From Botryllus schlosseri (lineage: Eukaryota): 64,000 nucleotides of DNA. The first letter of the stretch is position 1. Each line of letters starts with the position of its first letter. The position numbers and the translations under genes were made by a program. The notes under the pieces are model-generated. The model saw nothing but the letters and a program-made list of their open reading frames with translations, was not told the origin of the DNA and ran no database searches. Of this stretch, positions 40,265 through 61,266 are shown in pieces. The stretch is taken from contig CM119372.1 of assembly GCA_051294905.1 (NCBI GenBank), positions 20,834,001 to 20,898,000 of the forward strand, in the 5' to 3' direction.

Positions 40265-40860
40265 GTCCAGTGTTGGGATCAAGTCACTACCTTCGAGTCA
40301 CGAGTCATCTCGAGTCATTGCAGATTTTGACTCGAGTTAAGTCAAGTCAATCGATTTTCAAAGGTGACTCGAGTCAAGTCAAGTCACTCGTTTTTTGGAG
40401 GCGACTCGAGTAAAGTCGAGTAAAGTCAAGTCAAGTCACGAGTCAAGTCACAATTCAAGTCAAATTGAATTTTCGATGTATGAGTGATGATTCAAAGTCA
40501 TTACACTTTGCTGGCTGTGTGAAAGACAGATTAATTGATCAATGCTGATCATTTATCTTGAATCAAATAACGAATATCTAGTTAAATATACCTGCGAAAA
40601 GACGTTGTATCACTCACGCACACGTAGAACTGTTAATAAAATACGTGAGTAACTGCACAGTCACATGCTACAGTCAGTTATTATCAGCCAAAATATAGGA
40701 CATAATCAACATCTATACATCCGTGAGTAAATAAACGCCCAAACTATAATTGTTTGATTTAAATCATAGGCTACATAAAGGTTGGTAAAGGTGAGCACTG
40801 CGCAACGTAAGCATTGATCCGTCTAAGAAACAGAGATACATTGCTATTTAGAGTAATCTT

Positions 40861-40918
<58 letters not shown>

Positions 40919-40920
40919 GA
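40861..40920 (+). repeat. (TAC)n microsatellite, ~19 units
   Basis: Direct reading of the sequence. Confidence 0.97.
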
Positions 40921-41136
40921 CAACGCAAGCTGTGATACTTTAGTTTGCGGTCTATTTATTTGTGATCTAACAATCGAGGATCAGTGTATCGTACGATCAG
41001 TGAATGACTGGCTGCTCTCACAAGTGACACCGGCGTATCTCGAACGATCCGAACATATACAAGATACAGTGATTTATTCGACACCGTTTACTTGATGACT
41101 TGAAATTGACTCGTAAATTTTGCTCCGAGTCACGAG

Positions 41137-42919
41137 CAATGTTCCCTCTAAGCTGCGCACGTGCGCAAATGCGCAGTGCTGAAACGGTCTCTGCGCACAG
41201 AAAATCTAGGCTGCGCACAAAAAATCCGAATTGATGATTTTTTTTCAGTCGTTGTGCACTGTTGTCCAAGGGACCGCGCAGGCGCGCAGAAAAATTATAG
41301 GGAACATAGCCAGGGGAAAATAGTGCAATCGCTGATGTCTGAAGCCGAGGTACAAGTGCTGCCCGCACAGGTAGATATTGCGCTCCATGAAAAAATGAGA
41401 ATCTGCAATCACGTGCGCCTCACGAACGAGATTTTTCTTTTAGTATGGTTTCGTACGCGTGAGCGATACTGATTTCATTTCAATAGCGCAATCTTTTCTG
41501 GGAATGGCGAAATAACATGGTTTAACAAAGTTATATATAACAATGGGCTAGCTCAAAGTTAATCTGCGAGAAACTAACGAATAGTCTTTTTCGCGTGGCA
41601 TGAACATTGTGTAAGATTTACTGTACAATTACATGCCGTGAATTTTCGAAGTCATCACCTCCATCAGGCGAATCTGATCACGTATGATGAGATAGGGTAA
41701 TATCAATGCCAAATTAACAAATTATCTATGCCAAATTAACAAATAAGTGCGGTTCTTTTACCTTGAAATGGTTTTCGGAGCATGGGAAAACGGTAGAAAA
41801 AATTGTAAAATTAGTTGAGATTTTTTCTTTTTCGAGCGGGAAAAGTCTGCTCTGCAAAATATGTCTAGAAGCAAAATATGGAAAAGAATAGCATACATTT
41901 TCTTAGGAAAGCCACCGCACTCGAACTGAAGCCAAATCACCCTCAAAATATGCACCAAAGCACACGTGTGATATCCATGATATCGAGGTTTATCGCCATG
42001 GCGCGTGAATGCTTCTTAACCCTTTGCGACACCACAGAGTCGCACTTGTGTTATGGTGCATATCCTGAAAATATTCAAATGCGGTGGCTTTCTGAAAATA
42101 AATGCCCTCAATAGCTTATCTTCAAGTCGAGACCACATCATGTTTAGAGCGTAGTTCCCTTTCTTCACTTATAATGTGATTATCTGGTGTCATGCAATAA
42201 AAGTAAATGTAAATGCTGTACTTTGATTCTATCAATGAATCATGTGACTCGAATGGATACACGCACGTCTGGGTTACGCACAGGACCAAAACTGCCGCAC
42301 CCCAAACCACTCAATTAGGGGACCCGATCTCCAAGGGGAGCCAAAATTTTTCGTGAATAAACATGAATCATGAAGTATGTTTTGGGAAATTACTGCAATT
42401 TTTTCAAAGAAGAAATGACAGCGTCTAAGTTTAGTACGTTTGGGCGATTTCAATATCTTCTGACACAGTAGATAGGAGGACACGAAATAGCATCATGTAC
42501 CGAAGTCATTATACCCACGGGTACGCCCAAAGATGTTTGATTATCATTTAGGGGTCCTACCTTTTCGAACACACTCCACTCGATCAGCTCTACCGGTAAA
42601 TCTGATTACGTGAGCAGAGAGAGGATAAATATTAATGGCAATATATATGCAATTCCCGATCATATTGACCGATTCAAGCATGAGTTATATCGAATTTTCG
42701 CGATTCGCGCGTCCAGGCTATACACCCACCAAAGGGACACCCAAAGTAGATGATAAGTTGCGGCAAAAAACGTAGGTGCCGAGGGGGGTCTGGGGGGCTT
42801 CGCCCCCCAGAGGTTCGGTTTATCACCATATGGGGACGTGGTTGCGCACTGTTGTTCATGGGCCTGCGCAGTAAGTTGACGTGTTTGCGCAGACTGGTGA
42901 AAAATTAGAGGGAGCATTG
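41137..42919. mobile_element. CAATGTTCCCTCTAA-ended hAT element nested in the GAGTC MITE
   Basis: TIR CAATGTTCCCTCTAA...TTAGAGGGAGCATTG; perfect TSD GTCACGAG at 41129-41136 and 42920-42927. The empty site is visible in the sibling near 8085-8095. Confidence 0.88.
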
Positions 42920-43086
42920 GTCACGAGTCAATGCGCATTTTTAAAGCTGCGAGTCAAGTCAAGTCAAGTCATTTTTCCAAAGTGACTCGAGTCAAGTCAA
43001 GTCATACGAAAAAGTTGACTCGAGTCTGACTCGAGTCAAGTCATGACTCGAGTCATCCTTACACTGCCCTGGTCTAGAGTCTAGGC

Positions 43087-45510
43087 TAGGGTTACCATAT
43101 TTTTGTAATCCAAATTCCGGACGCTCTTGAGCGCCCACTAGCGGATTTCAAAATGAGGTAGATGAATATGACGTCACACCAGCAAAGCTTTGTCTATTGA
43201 CTAGAGGTGGTCACGATCCGGTTCAGGAGTATGTGTTTGTCTGTTGTAAGTTGTAACCAGGGCGGAAGCCACATTTTTTCAGCCCCTACCGCCCAAATAA
43301 ACACTGATCTTGAGCGCACCGTAGGGTAATCGATGCAACTTCTGGGGGCCTACTATAATGCATCTGGTTTCTATATGCATCTGGTCGATCGTTAAATGAT
43401 TTCAATGAATATGTAAATAATATTGATTCTTCCATATATTATTATATAATTTGATCCTCTCTCCGCCCACATGATCAGAGTTAGCGGTAGAGATGGTGGA
43501 GAATGATGACTTCGAAAATGCAAGGAGCGTAATTGTACATCGTTGGGTCATGACCAGGCCTGTTTATTTTTGGATATTGGGTTTTATTTTTGGAGATTCT
43601 CCAAAAATAAGATTTGAAAACATCCAAAAATAAGCTTTTTTTGGTTGATTTTTTTCAAGTTTTTTAGTGAAATAAACGAGTCAGAGCAGTGTAAATACTG
43701 CTGAAACAACCAGGAAACTCACAAAAACACACGCAAAACAGCATGTGTGTGAGGCAGGGGGTCTCCGAAACGCCAAAAGTAGGCTACATCCACTCACAGG
43801 AAGGACCATGAGGCGTGGCGAAAAGGGTTGAAGAGGCGGCATGGTTTGAAATCGTACGAGTGTGGTGCGGGCTGGACCTTGTGGCGCAGGCCGAATACCG
43901 CCACCTCTACAGCAATCACTTCGTCCACATGATGATGGGACTGAATGCTGGTTACCTCAGACAGCAACAGGACTTGATCCAGGAGATGAAAAGTACGTAC
44001 CCCAAGTTTGTTGACACCTGTTGGTTGTCAATTAAGAAGATGACCACTTGGTTAACTAGACACCGTACCCAACTCCTCGGAGTTATAAACGAGAATAGTC
44101 CGGCCTGTGCACCTTAGCCGCAGTGGTGGATCCAACTGATCGTCCTCGATTGCATGGCCACGAAACTGAGCACCACCGTCACGAAGCTTCAGGGACTTGC
44201 CCATCTGATTGTGGAGCAGCAAGAGGAGCTCCATCGCCTGGTCGAACGCCTTCAAGCACAGTGCCCAGCTGAGGACTGGGACAATCACACCCACGGCAAG
44301 GAAGGTTTTCTGGTTAGACGGTGCTGGGCTATCAAGTTCACTGAGGCACGCAACTTCGTGGAGGATCAGGGGTGTGCACTGTGCAGTCCTCAACGTTCTC
44401 GATAATATCGACGAAGAGGAGAAGCAGTCCACGTTCGAGGCAGCAGGGATAATTTATTGCAGGGCTCATCGACGGCATAAAGAAAATTGAAGTTGCCTGC
44501 CCTGTGGTGCAACCTTGTAGGCAGGACAGAACAAACACTTCTTGCTCTTTTAGATTCTAATATTATCAACAAGAGTGATACATATATATATGCTACTTTA
44601 TTTGCAGCTCAGTGAATTGATCGACAAACACCGGGGTGGGCACCTGAGTAGATACAGAATATCAAAGACCAATTCCAGTCCATATCTCTCCGATACAAAA
44701 TGGACGTCACTTTCAAGCGCTTGTCAGGAGCAAAGGTTTGGAAGATTTAAGAGTTTGAAACCATCCGACAGTTCTTTGGACCCATATGGTTTGATGTTTC
44801 CCACAACTGCGACGGTCGAAGCCGATTACTCGAAAATCAACTGGGAGAAGGGTCTCTACCAGGCGTCACTGACTGATTTTTATTTGGAAGCCATTCTTCA
44901 GGCCAAAGACTTTGTGAAGAAAGTATTGGAAAGTTAGATGAAGATCACTGATGATGTCGATGTGTTGAAGGACATAAATACATGATAATAACATACTTTC
45001 GGTGAAGTTTTCTAGTAGTATTAGGGCTTAAAAACACCTTCAATTCTTATTGTTGGAGATTCTCCAAAACTAAAATTTGAAAACATCCAAAACTAAGCTA
45101 TTTTTGTTATTTTTGGAGAAATCCAAAAATAAACAGGCCTGCGGTCATGACCAAACGGCTTAAACCGACTCTATGAATATACGGTTATCTTGTAATTGCG
45201 ATAACAACGAGACTTATTTCTGTAACTGAGTATTATTTTTATTTATTTGTTGATCGCAGTTTGCGAGGGTAGTAGTCCCCATATTAAAACCAATAAACGT
45301 GATACTAAATCGCGCGAAGCGCGAAAAAAAAATTAATTTAGCTTACATATGTGCCCAAAAATAATATTGTTTCTGTTGATTTAGGAAAAAATTATGAACT
45401 TACTTCAAAATTCCGGACATTTAGGCATATTTTAGAAATTCCTCCCGGACGCAGTTTTAACAGTGAAATTTCGGACATGTCCGGGAAATTCCGGACGTAT
45501 GGCAACCCTA
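43087..45510. mobile_element. TAGGG-family hAT-type element with a nested transposase-bearing element
   Basis: TIR TAGGGTTACCATA...TATGGCAACCCTA; perfect TSD GTCTAGGC at 43079-43086 and 45511-45518. Confidence 0.85.
43554..45142 (+). mobile_element. Internally deleted hAT-like DNA transposon with a decayed transposase (43815-44937)
   Basis: TIR CAGGCCTGTTTATTTTTGGAT...ATCCAAAAATAAACAGGCCTG; direct repeat GGTCATGA(C) on both flanks. Broken reading frames include VRVWCGLDL, YLRQQQDLIQEMKSTYPKFVDTCWLS and FPTTATVEADYSKINWEK...SLTDFYLEAILQAK. Confidence 0.75.
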
Positions 45511-45612
45511 GTCTAGGCGAATGGGTATAACGGAAAATTTTCATGTTGGTTATTGGGCTGCAACCACAAAAATATCGGTAGCCTTTGGAGTCTGGACTAC
45601 GGAGATACATGG

Positions 45613-46040
45613 CTGAGATGAGCGGATTTGAAATTTCTATGTCCTAATCCAATCCAAATACGAACCTTCAAATCCAAATCCAAATCCTAATCCATAACTT
45701 TTACATATTCAAATCCATGTCCAATCCTAATCCGATTCCAACTGGAAATTCAGAAAAAAAAACTAATTTATGCAATGGAGGGATTCGAAAATTTTCTTTG
45801 ACAACCAACGATTCACTTGATTCAGTATTACCTAGTAACCATAAGTACATTAATAACTGATTTGAAGAAAGTTTGTCGCCATTCGCCACACGACATTTCA
45901 ATCTCCCAGAAAATAGATAAATCCAATCCAAATCCTAATCCGTTCTGAAAAAAATGTCTAATCCAAATCCAATCCAAATCCGACAAAATTCCACAAATCC
46001 TGTTTTTTCAAAACCTAATCCTAATCCATGCTCATCTCTG
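45613..46040. mobile_element. AATCC-rich MITE
   Basis: TIR C(T/A)GAGATGAGC...GCTCATCTCTG; perfect TSD ATACATGG at 45605-45612 and 46041-46048. Confidence 0.85.
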
Positions 46041-46243
46041 ATACATGGTTCATTATTACATCAATGGTAGCACGTCAAAAGGTTATGCCTCGCCGATTTC
46101 CTTTCTCGTTGAAGCGCTAGGTGGCGCAGGGTCACCGATGATATAATGATATTTCTTATCTAACATTTGCAGAGGATATCGCGCTGAATGAAAATATTGG
46201 AACTGATCTGAAATTGGTATAGTTTGGTAGTAAGAGTGAATAA

Positions 46244-46330
46244 GCTTGGTACGCTTGCTTGCTTGGTACGCTTGCTTGGTACGCTTGCTTGGTACGCTTG
46301 CTTGGTACGCTTGCTTGCTTGGTACGCTTG
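46244..46330 (+). repeat. Tandem array of six TTGGTACGCTTG(C) copies at the LINE 5' junction
   Basis: GGTACG cores at 46248, 46265, 46278, 46291, 46304 and 46321; a single copy follows the LINE at 48373-48385. Confidence 0.92.
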
Positions 46331-48372
46331 ATGAGCCTTGACCAAGAGAAGGCGTTCGATCTGGTCAATCATGATTTTATGATGAATTTGATGGATCGCC
46401 TAAACCTAGGCAAAAACATTTGCGGATACATTAGCAAGACTTACGAATCTGCCAGGAGCAGTGTTGTCATAAACGTAAAAATATCGGAAGAGATAAAACT
46501 AGAGAGAGGTATCAGGCAGGGCTGCCCAATGAGCATGGCTCTTTATGCAATTGTGGCAGACCCCCTGGCCAGATGCATAATGAAAGATGATGGGATCAGG
46601 GGCATAAAACTGGGAAATCATACATTGAAAATCCAACAATATGCCGATGACCTCACTGCTTTGGTGACAAATACCGAATCTATCAAAAGAATATTCAAAA
46701 AATGCAATGACTTCCAAGAAGCAACCGGACAAAAAATTAATAAAAGCAAAACACAACTGCTCCCAGTAACATCGAGAGCAAGAAACCTAATTGAAAACTC
46801 GGCATTCAAAGAATTTAGTAGAAACCAAATTAAGATACTGGGACATCTAATTGGGAAAAATAACGAACAAGAGATGTGGGATAAAATTAGAGTAAAGGTC
46901 AGAAAAGTTTTGAACATGTGCAAATGTCGCAGACTCACTTGGGTGGGGAAGATGACAATTATAAATAGCTTGGCGGCATCACTGTTATTGCACACCGCCC
47001 GTGTATACCCGCCCAAAGAAGAGCTGATCAAGAAGTTAGAAAGAGACTTTTTTGAATTTCTATATTTTCCTGAGAAAATTGAGACAATCGCGAGGAAAAC
47101 ACTGATTAAAAGGAAAAACGAGGGTGGAATAGCAATCCCCTATCCTCGAACAAGAATACTTGCAAGCAAGCTAATAATTCTAAAAGGATTAGCAAAGATG
47201 GATAAGCCATCAGAATTTTGGCATCGATACCTTATGTATCAATTCGGCTCTAAAATCAAGAGCATAAATTCGGAACTTTATACAAATGAAATACCCCATA
47301 AAAACAAACCCGACAAACATTGGCTTGATATCATCAACGAGAATAAACAGCTGGGGTGGAATAGAGATGAATGGAGCAAAACGACTTTCAAGTCACTCTA
47401 CTTGAACCTAACTAAACAGCACGAAAAAGAAAACGAATGTACAGGAACAAATAAAAGTTGGCTAAAAGTAAACAAAATAAAAAGCAATGATAAAACATAC
47501 TTAACGAACAAAGAAAGAGAAATAAATTTCAGACTTGCAAACAACGGATATATTTTTGGGGACCTGAAATACAGAAGAGGAATGTTGAGGGTGAGGAATG
47601 GTAGAATGGAAATCTACCGTTGTAAATTCTGTGAAATGACTGACACCATCGAACATGTCTTCCTATATTGTGCAACGACCAGAGACGTACTATCGAAGGT
47701 CGAAAAGGCGATAGGTATAGATAAGATTGAGAATGAAACAATTCTATACAATGAGGGCGATCGAGTCGACATGGTGATGACGCTAACAGCAATTTACAAA
47801 AAGAGGATATTGAAAACGAAAAGAAGCTTGGACATTGAAAACTCGCTACTAAAACAGGAGAAGATTTGGAAGGAAAGTACAGTAGCGAAAATACTAACAA
47901 AAACGTATAAAAGATTGGAAAACGTACACCAAAATCCAAAAGAAGGAAAAATCATCAAGAAATGGAAAGACAACATCGAAAAATCTATGATGAAAAGAAT
48001 GGAATTCAACAAAACGCACCTCTTACCACCACTAACGAGCGACCGACCAGATGATCACCTGAAGCCGATCGAAACAGACGAACCTGTCGAAAGAAGGGAA
48101 AATGACGAACCGAGCCCGAGCTCGAAACACGACGAAATTGCAAACGACGACGAGCCGCGTGACGAGCCCTTGCTCGGAACAAGTGATCCCGATTCGACGA
48201 CGGATGACGAAGCGAGCGCGTGCTCGGACCGGACGACGACGTGCAGAGTTGACGAATCCTGAATCCTGAAAGATGAAAAAATTCGATTTTGCAATACTAT
48301 ATATATATTGAATTTATTTGTATTGAAATTTTAAAGCAATAAATTATGGCAGAAGGCCGAAAGATAAAAAAA
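46331..48372 (+). mobile_element. 5'-truncated L1/Tx1-clade non-LTR retrotransposon (RT + CCHC zinc knuckle)
   Basis: Open frame from SLDQEKAFD through RGIRQGCPMS, QYADD and CKFC..DTIEHVFLYC to the stop at 48262. AATAAA near 48338 and a short A tail ending at 48372. Confidence 0.92.
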
Positions 48373-48520
48373 TTGGTACGCTTGCTAAGCTGGGAAGAAG
48401 TATTATGCAGCATGCAAGTCAAATTTAGTCAAGTTCAAATTTAGATGTCGTTTCATCACAGATGCATTAACTACATCTTGATATTCTTTGTTCGAAATAG
48501 CGTTACATAATTAAAAAATA

Positions 48521-56604
<8,084 letters not shown>

Positions 56605-57611
56605 CGAACTTATGGACGATGCGTTTCAAATTATATTTACGTAATATACTGTTTTTGACTCACACGGAGGCGGTGTTGAGCTCTTGCGGGTATTGAGTTT
56701 GTTGTATGTGAAGCAGGAGATTGTGTGGGTTCTACTATATGTCTCTTCATTTTGTATGATACACTTTGGAGCGAACGGCACGTCGGAGGCAGGGTTTTGC
56801 AACATGAAACAAAAGAATCCAGCAAGCTTGACTTCGAAATAACATGATTCGTAATGTTCAAACGGGAAGGTGTTTTCATCGGCCCCCCTTCACTTTAATG
56901 TTGCTAGTATAGGGTTGCGTTTGATGTAGCATAGAATTAACATATCAACGGAAATTCCACAAACTGCTGTAAATAATCATTTTCTTGATAATATAGGGCT
57001 AGATAAGAAAGCACTCGTTGAAGAATCGTCCGAATGCTGAGATGAACGAGTCAATGCCTCTGTTGATCTCGACCATCCGATGGGTTATATTATACTTGGA
57101 GACTGGGGCACTTAGGACTGAGTAAGTATAGCTGTCTATACTAATATAAAAGCAATAACTATACTTCCGATGCTGTGACAATGTGTCTGCATTCAGTAAT
57201 TTAGCATCCATGATCATTATATTGATTCGTTGCGCATATTAGTCATCAATCTAAATCAGTGGTCCTTAACCTTTTTTGCTCCAGCGCCCCTCTTTCAAAA
57301 ATTGTCGTGCTCTAGCGCCCCCCACCCCCATATTGTCCTCATTTTTCAAGTTTTTGAAAATGTCCTTCGAGGACGCCCAAATGTCCTCCTTTTTGGCAAT
57401 TCGTTCTCCTTACAGCTTTTAGAGCTAAGATGGTGGATAGTTTTGAGTGAAAATGGGCATAAACGATGCTAAACAGGAAATCGTGTTTCGAACGTAATCG
57501 ACGAATTTCTTTTGTCTACCAACGGAAAATCTAGAAGAAAAACTGTATTTCGGGAGTTGAGCCTGAAAGTTGACCCTTTTTTTAGTCAACCAACCGCAAT
57601 TTTCAATCAAT

Positions 57612-59283
57612 ATATGGCCCATTTTTTCAACTTCATGATCGAAAATGGAGTCTACCCAAGCTATCTAAAAAAAGCCAGAGTAGTCCCTGTACACAAAGCT
57701 GGGGATAGAACTAATGTCACCAACTACCGTCCGATATCCGTTCTCCCATGCATCGGGGTTGTAGGCCTATTCAAAAAGTTGCTCCTCTCCCGCCTGTCCT
57801 CATTCCTCGCCAAAATGTCTATCATTTCCCCTCAACAATTTGGCTTCCGAAACAAACACCAAACCGTACATGCCCTCTTAACAGTGGCCGAGCAGTATTA
57901 TGAAATCTCAGAGAAGCGAAATGTGGGATGTAGCATTTTTCTCGATCTAAAAAAAGCGTTTGACTGCGTGGATCATAAAATTCTCATCTCGAAATTGGCG
58001 CGTTACGGACTTCGGGGCCCACAACTTGAGCTCATGAAAAGTTACCTCACTGGACGCCAACAAATGGTTGCGATCTCAAACACCTTGTCCTCTCCTCACC
58101 TGGTGACCTGTGGTGTGCCCCAAGGCTCAGTACTTGGACCGGTCCTCTTCACCTTATATGTCAACAACATTTTTGAAACCTCCTCACTGAACACCACACT
58201 GTTCGCTGATGATACTCACCTTCTCTCTTCCGCATCTTCTACGGCAGAGCTGGATGCCCTGACTGGTGACCAAATGCCTAAAGTCCATGAGTGGACGGCC
58301 CAGAACAACCTTTGCATAAACGCCTCGAAAACCCAATTGCTGACAGTAAATTCAAAAAATAACCTAACCGTTAATATCGCTGGTCAGCCCGTTTCCAACA
58401 CAGATAATGCCAAATATCTCGGGGTTTTACTGGGCTCGAACATGTCCTGGAAGAGTCATATTCTGTCCCTAGAAACTAAATTATCACCGAAGTGCGGCCT
58501 GTTCTACAGCCTTGGGCGCTTCATGCCAGCATGGGTTCTTCTGATACTCTTCAAATCCTTAATCCAATCGAAGTTACATTATGGCATCCTCTGTTGGGGG
58601 GCTGCCAGTAAAACTGCACTCAAGCCACTGCAGAAACTACAGCATAAAGTACTCCGAATCATAGCTAGGGCCCCAAAGGGGCCTGGCTGCCCATCCAATA
58701 AGTCGCTGCTGAAGAGATTCGGCGTCCTAAACATAGAAGATATGCGGAAACTAGAAATCGCCAAGTTTATGTATCAGTTTCACTGCGGTCGTTGCCCCGA
58801 ATACTTCAATGACTTTACCTCTGAGTCAAAAGCGCACAAGTACAACACACGCGCGTCCACGTCGTCCAAATATCATATGATCGACCGAAAAGATCATCGC
58901 CGTATCAAATATGCCGGACCTGATGTGTGGAACAGTATCCCGCCGGCCATCAGGCAGTCGACGAGCATGTCCACATTCAAGTCGAAATACAAGCAATTAC
59001 TACTAAATAAATACAGTCCATCCTCAAGATTACCGGACCACGACTGACCTATCGATCTCGCTTCCCCCTGACATGCCGCCCTATTTCTTGTCGCTTCCTT
59101 TTTCTATACTATCTTCTTTACTTTCATTCAGTGTGCATGCCTCCTCTTTACATCGCCTAGGCCAAGGTGGGTGTCCGATTCCATAGACAACTCCTAGTCG
59201 CTTCGACATCTTCCTTTCTTTTCATTGTATCGCATTTTTGTGGTGTATTGAACTGATAAAATTGCTAATAAACCAATGATGAT
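57612..59283 (+). mobile_element. 5'-truncated CR1/L2-type LINE (RT), inserted within a GTCCTC-rich TAGGG MITE
   Basis: Open frame with NYRPISVL, QFGFR, FLDLKKAFDCVDH, GVPQGSVLGP, FADD and KYLGV to the stop at 59047; 3' UTR ends in ATGATGAT. Flanks (~57333-57600 and ~59290-59378) match the 29926-30293 MITE. The 5' boundary is approximate. Confidence 0.9.
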
Positions 59284-61266
59284 TTTGTGGTACATTTACC
59301 ATTTTTCCGGATTTTACTCCGGTATTGTAAGTTTGAAAACGTGTCCTCATTTGTCCATTCCAAAATATGGTAACCCTACGTAACAGCACTTTGTCAGTCC
59401 CCCTAAAAACCGATTGTCTTGGGCATCCATACCGTCATAAACCAAACTTCTGGGGGCTTCGCCCCCAAGAACCCCGTCGCGTGATTGCGATGGTCAGCAA
59501 AGTTTGTGTGGCCTGGTCGCCGTAGGCGCCAAAATTTTAGATAATGTATGCATGAATAGGTGGTAATTGCATATATATGTCGCTATAAACTTTTTATTCT
59601 CTCAATCCACGTAATCAGATTTTACCAGTAGGGCTGAGTGAGCTGTTTTCTTGGAAAATGAAGGCCACGTAATCAATAATTAAACATATTCGGGAATGCC
59701 CGTTGGTACGATTAGCCTACTTCATTACATGTTGTTATTTTGTTACCTCTTGTCCGCTATATCGTCAAAAAATACTGAAACGCATAAACGTATTGAACTT
59801 GAATAAGTACACGATTCAAAATTGGTATTTCTTCACTGTCAAATAATTTTTCTCTGATGGATATTATTTGTCCTGTGGGGTGCAGATTGCGACGACATGA
59901 TAATTCTGCACGAGCGATTTAAGCACATATGGACAATTAGACTAATATACATCGAAGTTTACGGTCAACATAAGGGCAATCCTCTTCGGCTAAGGTTTTT
60001 TCGCTAGCGATCTTTTTGGCACACTTCTCAGAGTCCTATATTAGCCAGAAGTTCATGTCTTCGTGCATTGTGGCGTGGTAATGGCCAACGCCGAAATGCC
60101 TATCTCTATTTTCTATAATTATGCGTATTTTTTCGTGGGGAGTCGTAAAAACTTGATGTATAATTTATGATCATTCACCGGAATAATTTGGGCCGCCTTT
60201 GAGCTCACCAACCCCCCCTCGCGATTGGGAGTTTGGGTTGCAGCAGTTTTGGTCCTGGTAAGAGGTCAAAATCTAGTCGGTCTTTTCGGGACTTTAGTAT
60301 TAAAAATATTTCGCGATTTAATAGCGCTCGAGGACCACTCAACTATAATAAACCATATAATAATTGTATTTAGTATATTCAGGGTCAAATCAAGATTGGT
60401 ATAACAACAATTGGGCACGGTCTCATACCCTGTGATTCGAACCATATGTACAGCACATCCCGAATTCACATCTGCGATTGGCAATACGGGGGGGGGGAAT
60501 TAATAGTATTGGATTTTTTTTAGTGCTTTGTGTGACTAAGTGAGTCAACTGATAATGGGAAGTATATATCTGCAGTATGCACACATTGAATTAGTACTGT
60601 ACCCAGCTATTAATTTTAACATGAATGTATTCCAAACAAAACAACTCATATTATATAACGTTGATGGCTAATTCCATTATAATTTAACAGGGGCTGTAAT
60701 GCATACCCTCAGAATTGTCCAATATTTACAAATGTTATTCTTTTTTGAATTCCAAGTTTATTAAAAAAAAAAAATTGAAAAATGTTCAGCAGTTCAAAAG
60801 ATATTGCGATTTAAAATCCTCTCGTCACTAGGTGGCGCTACTTTCAAAAATCTTTGAAATCGATATTTTTCGCTTAAATGATGGTAGAGAACCAATTAAA
60901 ATGTCCAATTAACCAATTCTGGGGCCAAGGAATTCAATAAAACCAACTGTTTCGCCCTAAACTCAATGAAAAAAAAGTTACGGATGAAAAAAAAAATGGG
61001 GGGGACGGGCTTGAAAATGTCTGTGGGATACGGCCTACACAAAAAAAAATTATTGTGAAATGTGCTTTCAAGGAGTATGGTTGATAAAAAGCTTGATTTT
61101 AAATTCCCCAGTTATTCCACCGTGAAATATGCATTACATAAAAATTTCATGGTCCCAACCCATATCCCTGCTCACCGTAAATACTATTATCACCAGTCAA
61201 ATATATGAATAAATTTATCAGTTTTGGTTTTTGAAATTTTTCAAGTAGAATCCGTGCTGAACCACT

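Larger units (their letters stand above)
40268..43066. mobile_element. GAGTC-rich hAT MITE (same family as 7326-8195) inserted at the right end of the previous element
   Basis: TIR CAGTGTTGGGAT...ATCCTTACACTG; perfect TSD CCCTGGTC at 40260-40267 and 43067-43074. Confidence 0.85.

Noticed and set aside
40814..41095. Poly-tyrosine ORF
   Set aside because: Translation of the (TAC)n microsatellite inside a MITE.
46259..46330. N-terminal MLGTLAWYACLVRLL of the 667-aa ORF
   Set aside because: Derived from the amplified TSD array; LINE homology begins at about 46331.
46499..48294. Several antisense ORFs over the LINE, and similar shadow ORFs over SLC6 and NDUFV1 exons
   Set aside because: Shadows of real coding sequence on the opposite strand.
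57512..57611. N-terminal part of the 511-aa ORF
   Set aside because: Fortuitous read-in from the host MITE upstream of the LINE truncation point.
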